64,000 nucleotides of DNA from Klebsormidium nitens (Eukaryota > Plantae > Klebsormidiophyceae), in the NCBI GenBank assembly GCA_000708835.1, contig DF237088.1, positions 112,461 to 176,460 on the forward strand. The letters run 5' to 3'. A model generated the notes under the pieces. The model saw nothing but the letters and a program-made list of their open reading frames with translations, did no database searches and was not told the origin of the DNA. Shown piece by piece: positions 39,001 through 50,378 of the stretch; position 1 is the first letter of the stretch; each line of letters starts with the position of its first letter. Position numbers and translations under genes: made by a program.

Positions 39001-39902
39001 AGATATGGAGCATTACATGCTCGGAAAATTCATCAACGCTGCTGAGCTTTGAAATGCACCGCAGGTGAGCCTCCAATCGGTGATTGCTCCTTGCTTCGTC
39101 CAAACGATCCAACAGGGCCTTTACAAAAGTTTCATTCTTTAGAAGGTGGGTGACCTGTAAACAAGGAAAACCGGGGTGTCGGCAGTGCAACAAATCTACC
39201 GCGTTTCACGTGATTGATACGACCATGATCGTACATCAAACCTTAAAGCTTCATACTGGATGCAAATCGTAGAGGACAAAGAAGCCTGCAAGCCCGCAAA
39301 ATAAAACTATGATCAAAACTGACAAAACCCTAGCATGAAGAATATGATGACGGGCGTTTTCTGGAGGACAAAGAGGCCTGCGACTCGTATCACCTCGAAA
39401 TGCTGGATGAAAGAACACGAGCAGTCACATGAATATCAATGGTGCTTTCCGCTCCAACTTACTGCTTTGAACTCCGTTGAGGGTTTGACTTTCATCTGGT
39501 TCTGCTCCTTTTCTGAGATCACACTCAGGGAGCCAAGCGTGTCAGCGACGCGAGTGAAGTCTTCCAGGGCCTTAGAAGCATCCTTTGAAAGGGTGTCTTC
39601 AATCTGCTTCACCAGGCCAGCCACAGCCTGCACACGAAGCAACCAACACAAAGTTTGCTCCTACGAACTAGAAGCAATATTATTATGCTACCCGGATCCT
39701 TGGGCTAAACAACATGATCAGAAGGTGGTGTTTGATGATCGGCTGCACAACCGAGAACTCTCTCACATGTCTCAATCCTTCTTCAATTTCATTTACGCAG
39801 ATTTATGGACGTCATGAAGCTTCAAGCACACTTTCTCAAGCAGCGGAAGCGGGCCGTAAAATGAATTCTGTATGCATGGCTTACCTTCCTTTTCTTCGAC
39901 AT
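36017..39902 (-). pseudogene. Large helical protein with C-terminal MYND zinc finger, copy A (two frameshifts)
   Basis: Micro-exon MSKKRK (39902-39885), AVAGLVKQIED...EFKA, VTHLLKNETFV..., large exon 38704-36662, and MYND exons 36338-36246 (GCEG...CGRCGSARYCSKKCQ) and 36070-36017 (VKDWASGHRRQC). Relative to copy B it has a 1-nt deletion at about 38470 and a 1-nt insertion at about 37264. Confidence 0.75.
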
Positions 39903-40970
39903 TCTGGCGGCGAATCCTTCTGACGCTCCTGCTGCTGTGGCCTTGATTCTCTAGTGCCGCTTCCGTCTTGCATATGCAAAAAGGAGCGCCTCGCTACAAC
40001 CCTGAAAAGCCGGTGGACAGGGACTTGGACGTGATCTTGACTGCGACCCTGGAGGCTGGAGGCTGCTGAGGACCGCAACTAGGAGCCTCCAAAAGCGTCC
40101 GTAGAGGTTTCGAAAGACTTCAGGACCCTGCTTGGTTGACAATCGATCGATCCAGTTGACGGTACAAGTGGGAAGCAAAAGCTAGCCTTGATGAGTCGAC
40201 GTGACGATTCGACGTGACGATGCATCCTTCTCACGGCTACAGTAGTCGAAGCCTACGGCACAGACGCTCGCTTCTTCGCTTTCTTTGACTACCATGATTG
40301 CGCTGTCGTCGTCACGTCATGTCAATCGACTTTGTAATCTTACTTTGTGCTCCGCATCTTCCTCCTCGAGTAGACCGATCTTACAGCTTCTCCCGATCAA
40401 CCTGCCAAATTTAGTGTCATCTAATCTACACTAATTTCACTCTATCTCAGACTGACTAAGTTAGTATGAAATCTCCACTAAAACTAGCAGGTTGCTCGGA
40501 AGAAGCTGTACTAATATCACGAGAAGAGACTGGAACGATGACCTTGGATTCCTGACCGTCGAGACCAAGCTGCAGAGGATTTCCAGATTAAACCAGTCCT
40601 TTTGGCACACCTTGACTGATATTAGCATACGTGCCACGTCTTCAGATTGGATACTCAAAAGATCCACGTTTGCATCAGATGCCACAATGTGACGTGACAA
40701 GCCCAAAGGCCCGAGCAACTCTTAATTTGACTCGAGACTTTGAAAGGTATACCATGTCTTTCCAATGCATTTTGACCTCTTCGTCTGGAAAGTAGCGGGA
40801 GGCGCTTCTTTCTCCAGTTTCAGGACTTCTTGAAAGATGTGTTCAGCCGCAACAAGAAGATAGCGTAGGAGCAGATTAAGAGACGGGAGCGACGTTTGCA
40901 GAGCGGATCGGAGCTCTTCACAGATAAGGCTACGGCAGCAGGCCGAGCCGCAGGAGAATCTACCGCCAAA

Positions 40971-43900
40971 ATGGCTAAGAAAACGAAGGTGAGCTATGGA
41001 TACCGTAATTTTCTTACAGCTCGAAGATTCTGGCGCTTAAGGTTCAGTCTATTCTTGAATCTTCGTGATATACATCCATGTCTTTGCAAGCAAAGGTTGG
41101 GGAGTTCTTTTGATATGATGTGACCCGGGACATCAAGTTTGAGGTCTGCCTGCACTTCTCAGCCGGTGTTCACACGAAACTGGGGCACTATACCACATCT
41201 CCCGCGCTTATCTCGTGTCTTGTTTGATCCGTGTGCAGCGCGCTGTGGCTGACTTGGTGAATCATATTGAAGATATTTTCGAAAGGAATGCTCTAGAGGG
41301 CCAAGAGGAGTTCAGCGGCATCGTTGACAAGCTTGGGTCATATCCAAGTGCCATCTCAGAGGAGGAGCAGAACCAATTGAAAATCAAGCCCTCAAAGGAG
41401 TTCAAAGCAGTAAGTTGAAGCAGAAGTGAGAACCTTGAAATTCTGCATGTGACCGCTTGTGACCCTTCATTGAGCACTTAAGATAAAGACGAGTGATACC
41501 ATCTATTTATCGGCCAAGTCACGTTGCCTATCCTTCTTGCATGTTCGGTCCTTGTCAACCTTGAGCAGGTTCTCATTATTGCGCGTTTGTATTCTCTGGT
41601 GTCTGATCCAGAAGAATCGATTGCTTTACAATCAGCCCTTTTGACACTCTTTTGCGTACCTGTACAGATCACCCGTTTGCTGAAGACAGAAACATTTGTA
41701 GAAGCCCTGTTGGGTAACCTGGACAACGCCACCAGCAACCACCAGCTGGAGGCTCACCTGCGGTGTGTTACGAAGCTTAGCAGCGTTTTCAACTTTGCAG
41801 AGCAGGTAATGCTTCAAATCCTACTCTGTAGGATCTATTCCTATGCATGTCTGCGTAGAACCTCCAGATCACCACTCCAAAACTCCTCGACTTGGAAAGA
41901 AGATTCGCGCAAGCGGCAACGCGAAGCTCAGGACTCGAGTCTCTCTTTCTATGAAGACACATTTTCAAGGGTCACGGACCGCAACCCGCAAGAGGCCTTA
42001 CGTTAACAGAGGTATTCGTAAACAAGATGCACCACCAGAAAAGACTCGTCAGAAGCTCTTCGACGAACGTTCCCTGAGCCCTGCTGGCAGTCATACCCGG
42101 GTCCAGGGACGAACTCTGATTTGCCTGTCGTCGGTCTACAGCTAGGCCGCTCCGAGAGTGCGCCCTGCCTTCTGCGGTTGGCCGACCGACTGATCGCGCA
42201 GACGCCATGCCCTCCCGAAGAGCAAGAGTCCGCCCGAAACGTCGAGTTTTACTTCGCCTTCGTCACGAGTAACCTGCTCAAGGCCAGCCTGGACTTCCGC
42301 GAGTCCGGGTGCATCCCGGACCTCGTCCACCAGTTTCAAGCAGTTTTCCGCCGGAAGTGGGAATTGGAGTGGCCCGGTGTCACAGGCGTCCACCAGCTCT
42401 CGAGCGTCGCCTTCAGCATCCAGCAAGTCGTGTTCGCTCTGCAAGCATTCGCGGAGTCCGTTCTGCAAAGCGTGGCGCAGGCGGTGACCGGGGAGTGGAT
42501 CGCCGACCTGTTTTGCTTCATTGACCAGACGTGGGACAGACTTCTCCGCGAAGCAATGCCGCCAGACGTCGGTCCCGTCACGCTCGAGACTCTGGTTGAC
42601 AGCTGCGGGCGGCTGCTTGTTGTCCTTGTCGACGGAGACTTCAAGGAACTTCCAGGGGTCCAAACGAGGCTGGAGCACTTTGCTCGTGTGGTGAACCTGA
42701 AGCTGATTCCTCGTTTGAAATCAGACATAGTCGTCAGCCCCCATATCCTGCCACGCGTGGGCCATAGAGTCGCATTCTTGCTCGGTGCTTTGAAAAGCCT
42801 TTCTCTCGAGAAGGGCGACGAAACGGAGGGGGAAAGAAGCTCGCCAGGCGCTGGCAACACGGTGGACTTTTCTGAGGCGATCGCGCTTGTCCAAAGTGGA
42901 AATTGGCAACAGGCGGGATCCCTCCTCAATTCCACCGCAAGAAGGTTGGAAGAGCATGGCACGCGCGCACGAGCGGAGGCGCTGGTGGCCAAAGGCTTCG
43001 TGGAAAGCGTTTTCAAGATTTTGGCGCTGGCTTTGCCCGAAGAGAGCGTCGATCGAACGGCCATCGCGGCGACAGAAGGACGGTCCCAGAAGTCTGCGTT
43101 CATCTTAGGCGGGGTCAACCTTCTTGTGGCCGTGCTTCCAGAGCTGGACGAGACGAAACCGTCTTCGCGAAAGCTGTTCCTCACGACAGGGGTGCGGCTT
43201 CTGCAGTGGTGCGAGGACCTGCTTTCGCGCGAGGGATCCCTGGACGAAGACGCGATGAACCGCGTGCTGGGCCTGCTGACGCAAATGGAGATCGCACGTC
43301 GGCGGGAGCTCTCGGAGCGGATGCAGATCCTGTACGTCGATCTGGCCATCTCCGCGATCAAGCTGTATCCCTTCACGGCCACGTCGCACATCGGCTGGGC
43401 GACGCTAAAGAACCTCAAAACCTTCACGCTCAAGTTCGGCGAGAGAAGCCCAGGGCGGGGAGCTGCAGAGCGCACCGACGTCAATGCAGAGGAGTACCTG
43501 TGGCGGCCGAGCAGCGAGGAGGATCCCTCCGACGCCGGCGCCTACAACAGCCGGGCTATGTGGAACATGAGCGGGGTGTTCAACAAGGAGCGCCGCCTGC
43601 TGAGCCGCCTCGCGCTGGAGCACTTGCGCCACGCGGTGCGTTCCGAGACGAGCTTCTTCGGCGTCGCGGCGGCGATTCTGTCCGTCCTGCACGCGTGCTG
43701 CCGCGACCGGCTGGTGGTCCAGTGCGCGGTACTGCCGCGCATCGAAACTATCGTGCACTCCCTCCACCTGGTGCACGGCAGCCTCGTGGCCGTCTTTGGG
43801 CCGCTCTGCGCGGACGACCCGCCTCGGGAGCCCGGGCGCGACGAGGCCGCGACGTTGGATATGATGTGCGAGTTGGAGGTTGCGCATGATGACCTGACGG

Positions 43901-44762
43901 AACTGATCGCCACGATCTTGGACGCCTTGAAAAACCTGCCGGGACCAATGGTTATCGTGCGCGATGGCACGCTGCTGGAGGCCGCGTGCGCGGGGGCCGC
44001 GGCCGCGTGCGCGGGGGTGCTGCGGGACCTGCGCGCTTTGCAGAGAGTCGCGCCGTTCGAAGCGGCCGAGGAGACATGGGTCCAGCTGGAGGGCGCTCAA
44101 ATTTGGTCTGGAGGTGTGCCATAATTCGGTGAGCAGGTCAGAGCGTCTGCTGATTTGTCCTTAGGCGGACCAGCGCGACAGGACACTGATGCGTTTGCGA
44201 GATTCTTAAATTTACACAAGTTCCTGCAAATGAAGACGTTCGGCTTCTGAATTGAGGGGTCAAAGGCAACATCTCAACCACCGGGGAAAGGTCTGGTTTC
44301 AAGTTGTATGTAAACCTTCCCTTGAGCGCCCCTGATGTATTTCGCGAAGCGGACAGTCGGTTTTGAGCGGTGCAACCGTACATAGAGATTGCACCTGCCG
44401 CATTTGCATCTCCTGCCCAACGGCGGGAAACTTTTCTCTGCAGAGATGCATGGGCAAGATCGTCGAAGAAAGCAAGAATACATTCAGCAAATGCGGCAAG
44501 TGTGGTCTGGCTCGCTACTGCTCGAAAGAGTGTCAGGTGAGCACGTCCCTGCAAAACATCAGGCTTTTGATATGTGATGAGAAACTGAACAGACTCGAAC
44601 AAGCCCGGTTCCCAATCGCGCATCGTGAAAACGGGTTTGCCCTTTGAAGACGCCTGATCATGACGAAGAACTATGCTAACTGACCTTGGTTGTGTATTGA
44701 CTCTGCAGGTCCTGGATTGGGCTTCTGGGCATCGGGGGCAATGCTCCGGTCGGACCAATTAG
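40971..44762 (+). pseudogene. MYND-finger paralog, copy B (29-nt deletion truncates the protein before the MYND finger; may still make a truncated product)
   Basis: Micro-exon MAKKTK at 40971, exon structure matching copy A, large exon 42142-44128, and MYND exons 44444-44536 (93 nt, same as A) and 44709-44762 (54 nt, same as A). The frameshift gives TAA at 44122-44124. Confidence 0.7.
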
Positions 44763-45664
44763 TAGTTTACAGCGTACTTACGACGACACCAAGGGGACAT
44801 GAAAGTGGCCGTACACTGTTCTAGAGGAATTGGATTGCTTCTAGAGTCTCATCAATGTGCGGCGACTTTGGGCGCATGCATGGCGCTTCACCGTGCCTGT
44901 TCTCTTTTTGGCCGGCTTTGCATTCCGTAACGCTTTCTCTGCGACTCGGAAATAGATTGGATGTACGTAGGCTCTTTCTGAACGCAGCTGCTCGTAATGT
45001 GTGTACGTGGGCTCTGCAGCGGCAAGCCCTTGCCAGAGCAATCTGGCAGGGCTGGCCGCCACACATAAACGGGCTGGATTATAGCTTTACACTGCATGAC
45101 AATTAAACAATTCAGTGACAGCGGATATTAATAGTGCTAAATGAAACTGTATCTCGATGAGTGTGTCTGTACGTATTTTGGCGCAATTTGCTTCAATACA
45201 ATGATACGTTTCGACTCGCTTCGCACATGGTATTGGCGTGATCACATGATGGTGCGTAGTAATGTTATTCGACACTGTGTCCTGCGTACTCATATACGCA
45301 CGTAAAGTGACATCAATTCTTGCAATAAGTTCAGAAGTTTAATTATCCTCACATGCGCATATGCATGGCGCGGAGCGATCTGCACTGGGTGACTTGACTT
45401 CATGGACTCAGATTGGCGGCCCGGGCAGGCCCCGAACCTGCCTGCCATGTGTATGTCATCCTTCTGGCCGGGCGGCTTGAAAATGCGGCAAGATGACAAC
45501 TCCATCCTTCTCACCTTAAACACGGCGTGTGACTCGGACGGTATTTTGGATGGCTCAGTGGCGATGCTTGAGTAGCGAGACTTACAGTCAAGTGTTTGAA
45601 CCGCCACGGATGTAAGTATTAGCAAAAAGTCCAACGACCAGTATCACGATGCTTATGCGCACAA

Positions 45665-48600
45665 TCATTTTTCGACTTTCAGCTGCTCGTCGAGCTCGGT
45701 AAATTTTCGGTAGAAAGCTTTGAAGTGCCGGTAACAAATATCTACGTCCTTCGTGCCGCACATCTCTCGCACACTGTGCATCGACAACTGGGGCATGCCA
45801 ACATCGATCGTCCTGATGCCTACCCCCGAGGACAGGATGGGCCCGATCGTCGAACCGCAGCCCATGTCGTTCCGAACTACGAAATCTTGCGTCGGGATGC
45901 CTTCTCTCTTTGCAAGTTCCCGGAAAAGGAACGCCGTCACCGCGGTGGTCGCATACCGCTGAAGGGAAAAGACATCAGGCGTTAAGAACTGACCCGTCAG
46001 CGGATACTTTTCAAGGCCTTGAATGAGCTTCTAGCATAACTTGCCGTGACTGGGCTGCCACACCAGCCCGTTCCGTTCTTATGAAAGAAGTCTGTTACTT
46101 CAGATACTGCGGCTGACGGCTGAGCCTTGTAATCCCGCTTTTGTACCACAGCTGATCCTACGACATCCTTCCCTCCCAACAAGGATGCCAAAGCTTTCCC
46201 CATTTTAAAAACGCAGAAAGAGGCCCTGTAACCGCTTCTTACACAAGCGCTGAGCTCACCTGGTTGGCGTTGTGCTTGATGACGAGGCCCTCGTGCATTT
46301 TGGGCTGGTGGTGCTCCTCGTGGCGCTCCGGGTAGTTGGGGTGCAGCGCGTGCGCCATGTCCGCGGACACCAGGAAGCTCCGCCGGATCGCGCGCCACTC
46401 CACGCCCTCCGCGCGCTCGCTGCCCGCCAGCAGCGTCGCCACGCGCTTCATGGCCTGGAACATCGTCGGGCTGCCCGCGCCCTGCGCGCTGTCGGACCCC
46501 ACCTGGGCGGGATGGAGAGTGCGGGTTAATGAATAGGGAGCACAGGTGCTTGCGAAAGCCACACTACATAGAACTCTCAGCTCCTGATCTGACACTTGAA
46601 AGGCACAGAGAACCGCGCTTGCCAATGTGAGGGGTGGCAGTCCGGGAGCTTTAAAGGCAGGCCAGGAGCTTCTTGGCGACACAACAATCGCCGAAGCCAT
46701 CTTTTTGGAAAATCTCTCAAATTGTACTACCCATCCAGCTCGCAACGGTCACCTGCAGTACAACTGCCAAGGTTTGAAGAAACCGCCTCAAAGACGGAAT
46801 CTTTCTCGCGGCTCACCTCCTCATTGTCGAAGAGCGCCACCATCTGCACGCTCTTCTCCTGCGCGAGCCACTCGCCATCGGCCACGGTGTCGATCAACGC
46901 GCGGAGCGCGCAGTACGATGAGGCCAGGTTGTCCAGCCGGCCTGCGAGAACAGCAAGGCATCGCGCATCAGCATCACTTTGAGAACACGCTCTGCAGGCG
47001 GCCTCTAAACCAACATTCTAAGTATGAGTACCAATGAGGGAAGCCATCCCGCTCTCACGCACTCCTGGAGCCCAGACTGCCAGTCTTGTAACCGCTCCTC
47101 GACACGTGGCACGAGCTGAGGCATCTCAAGTGCGCCCCAGGGCTCCAAAACATAAAAGCAACGACTCGAAGGCCTCACCGGAGTAGATGAACTCCTTCCT
47201 GGCTCCAGCAATGACGCTGGGCTGCGTGTCGCACACGTGCAGGTCGAAGTCCGCGATCTCTTCCGGGTCCACCTTCAGCTCGTCCGCCAAGATCTGTGTG
47301 TTGCGATAAGTGGTCACTTCCATATCTCGAAAAGGAAACATGCCGTTCGACTTTACTGCTTGACTGTACGAGGTCACCATGCGCTGCTTTTTGCAGCTGG
47401 TGACTCTAAGGTGTCGGCTAAGCCAGGGAAATCCTAAAAGCAGGCCACCTTCGAGTTTCAGATCGAAAGTAAGCAGGAGGCGCTGAAATGCCATTGACTC
47501 GTGAAATAAACCACAAAGAAGCTACTTCCTATAAGAAGATATGCCCGCTTTCGATCTCGCTGCCCCCTCAGAACCCACATACTTCGAGACTAAGCAAAAC
47601 CAAATGCTGAGGCTATTTAGCTGACCAGCAACGAAGAGACCGAGACAAGAGTTGTTCTAACGCAATTTCTTTCGCATCCCACCTGCAGCAGCAGCGGGTG
47701 GTGCGCGTTCTTCTTCCCTCCGTCGTCCTTCTTCCCGCCCGCTTCGTCCTTCTTCCCATCGACCTCAGCCTTGATGGCGGTGGCCAGCACGGGCGCGAGG
47801 TGCGTCTCCAAGTTGGGCTTGAACCCCTCCGTGTTCACGTTGCGGTCCAGGTGGATCGCCAGCGTCGGGATGCGCATGATCGGGCGCGACACCTGAACCA
47901 GCTCGTGCGAGAGGCGGCCGTCCTTGCGCCGCAGCAGGACACGGCCAGCCACGCTGCAGCAAAGAAACAGTTTAAGAGAGGGGGGAGGAAAACGAGGGAC
48001 CAAGAAGCAATAAAGCAAGGATGATCGTTGTGTTTCGGCCCTGTGAAATTTGTTGGGAGTGTGGTCGACCGGACCAGAGAGGCCGCAAAATTAAAGAGCC
48101 TTCAACTCAGTTGACACTGGCATATGCAGCGACTGGCAAGAAGAGGGTAAACAGCCTTTGCAGGCCTCTAAACTAATCTGTTTTGAGAAAGAGAATTAGG
48201 CTGGTCCATTAGGATGGTGATTTCTTCATCAGCAGGTTTGAACTAAGGTGGTCTTCAGCCCCAAATTTTGTAGGCAAGAGAAAACCTTCATTAAGGTGCA
48301 CAACAAAAGGAACGATCCAATGCACCAGGGTCAAAGTTCTGAGAGCAATTAGTATTGCCAACAAAGGATCCTTACAGATGCCGTTGAGCGGACCAAGTGC
48401 AAGGACAAGAACAAACCAGGTTATCAATCTAACCTAGTTTCCAACAAAGTCCAATCTGACCACCCTCTATCCTTGAGAGCAGCAGAAACTGCCTACAAAG
48501 TCTGAGCTTGACACCATCACTTGCCTGAGGTCACGATCGAACCAGGTGTACCAGAGGCCCCCTCCATACGTTTGCACCCCCACGTTGAGGAACCCGTGCT

Positions 48601-49924
48601 TGGAGGACAGGGACACCGGCTTCAACTTGGGGCAAGGACTGCACGAGAAACGCACGGCATGTAAGTCGACTGGTTGGCAACTGCCGACGTGCTGTGACAA
48701 GTGAATCCAGTCAGCCATCACAGCCGGTGGTGGCGGAGGGGGCATTGGAGTTCCTGGATGGAGAGGTGGACTGAGTGTCCCTCGCCTATAGCACAATGCT
48801 TATGCCAAGGAAGGCTAGGGATTCACTCAGAACACAAGTGGCGGAAGCCTTGCCATGAACGTAAAAGAAAATTTTGACAAAAGGAGATTGCTTTTTTTCA
48901 AAATTGAGTCCAAAACCAGTACGTCTTGCATATGTAAACAAGGCTGAAGACGGGCGTGCAGGTTGCACCACCGCTTTTGAAGTCACCCAACAATCAGAAA
49001 TGCAGACACAGGCTTACCTGTCCGTGTGAGCTGCAATGATGTTGAAGCCATTCCCAGCTTTGTAGGCTCCTCCTACGGTGAATGCGATGACAGCAGATGC
49101 GTTGCGCGTGAAGAAGTATTTGCCCCCAGGCTTGACAACCCACTCAGCTTCTTCTGACAACTGGGGACAAGGAGGCAGACAGCGAGAAAGACCCAGATCA
49201 GTGTTGAAGCAAGATACATGTCCTCAGTACCCTGATGCCTGTTCCTCCAAAGTGCAAGCCTGCTTGTTCCTTTACTGGAACCGGATTCACATACATATTG
49301 GTCTGCACCACTGGTGCCAGAGCAGGTGGTGTGAAGGCGCCAATTTCAATCAATCTGCACGTCAGAAGAACCTCAACCTTGGCTGGTGCAAGCAATTGCC
49401 AGCAATTATACCACCACACGCTTGATGGGGCCCATCCTCACCTGCTCGAAGCCTGCCTTCACAAGCATCTCCTTGCTGACCGCTGTGGCATGGAATGATG
49501 TCCAGGATGCATTCAAATAATCCACCAAATCCTGCGCTATGTCACCCTTTGCACCATCGGAGCCAGTTGGTTCCCCCATCGCTCCTGCCTGCATCCGAAA
49601 ATTATATCTCCTTCTCTGTCCAGCAGACACCGCTACTTTTTCTAGTTGCCCTAGCTGGCCTAGACGTGATGATGACAGGTCCAACGGCCTGCAGCTATGT
49701 CTTATCCCCAACTTATCTGTTCGTCTCTTTCCTTCTTTCCTGAGATTCTCAATCGAAGGATTGACAAGGACGGGGCAGAAGAGAGGGGGTGGAAGCGCAG
49801 AGCGCTGCACCTGTTGGGGATTGACAAGAGCACCCCTGGAATTGCTTGGACGCACAGCGAGGAAAGAGTTCAGGGTCTGACAGCATGTCAAGGTTGCCCT
49901 CGGGAAGCGCTGGCTTACCTGCAT
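45665..49924 (-). CDS. DNPEP: Aspartyl aminopeptidase (M18 family, DNPEP/DAP) with N-terminal transit-peptide-like extension
   Basis: [126 protein letters not shown]. All M18 metal-ligand motifs are present. Confidence 0.97.
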
Positions 49925-50378
49925 TGCCACGAGTCAGGAGCTGAAGTCCTGACAGTCTACGTGTACGTAAAACTAGGTATATTGCCACTGAACAGAGAGA
50001 AGAATTCGGGCACGAAGAAGAGAATTGCTCAATTACATTGACAGCAAATTGCAATGCAATGTTGAGCTCTTGTAGTACTGTACTAGTACTACCAACTACC
50101 GTAGTACTAGTATAGCGCGAGAAAGCTGAAATGCTTCAACTTTTCCTTCGATGTTGATTGGTTGATATTTGCCACGTCAGTTCCTCTTCAAATACTTTCG
50201 CGAACTGTGAGCCTCCAGATTTGCCTGCTAAGAATGCTGTTGCTGGCAGCATTGCCCGATCTGCCTGCCCTAGGGTCGACCACGAATGTCCCTTTACAGT
50301 TTACTATTAGATTCACCATCAGGAAGGCAGACGAGCAAAAGCCTCAGGAGGAGGGCGGCATTTCCTTGGTCCGTAGGT

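Noticed and set aside
40461-40718. Short ORFs in the MYND spacer as a third gene or element
   Set aside because: They have TTG starts, no splice support and no recognisable domain.
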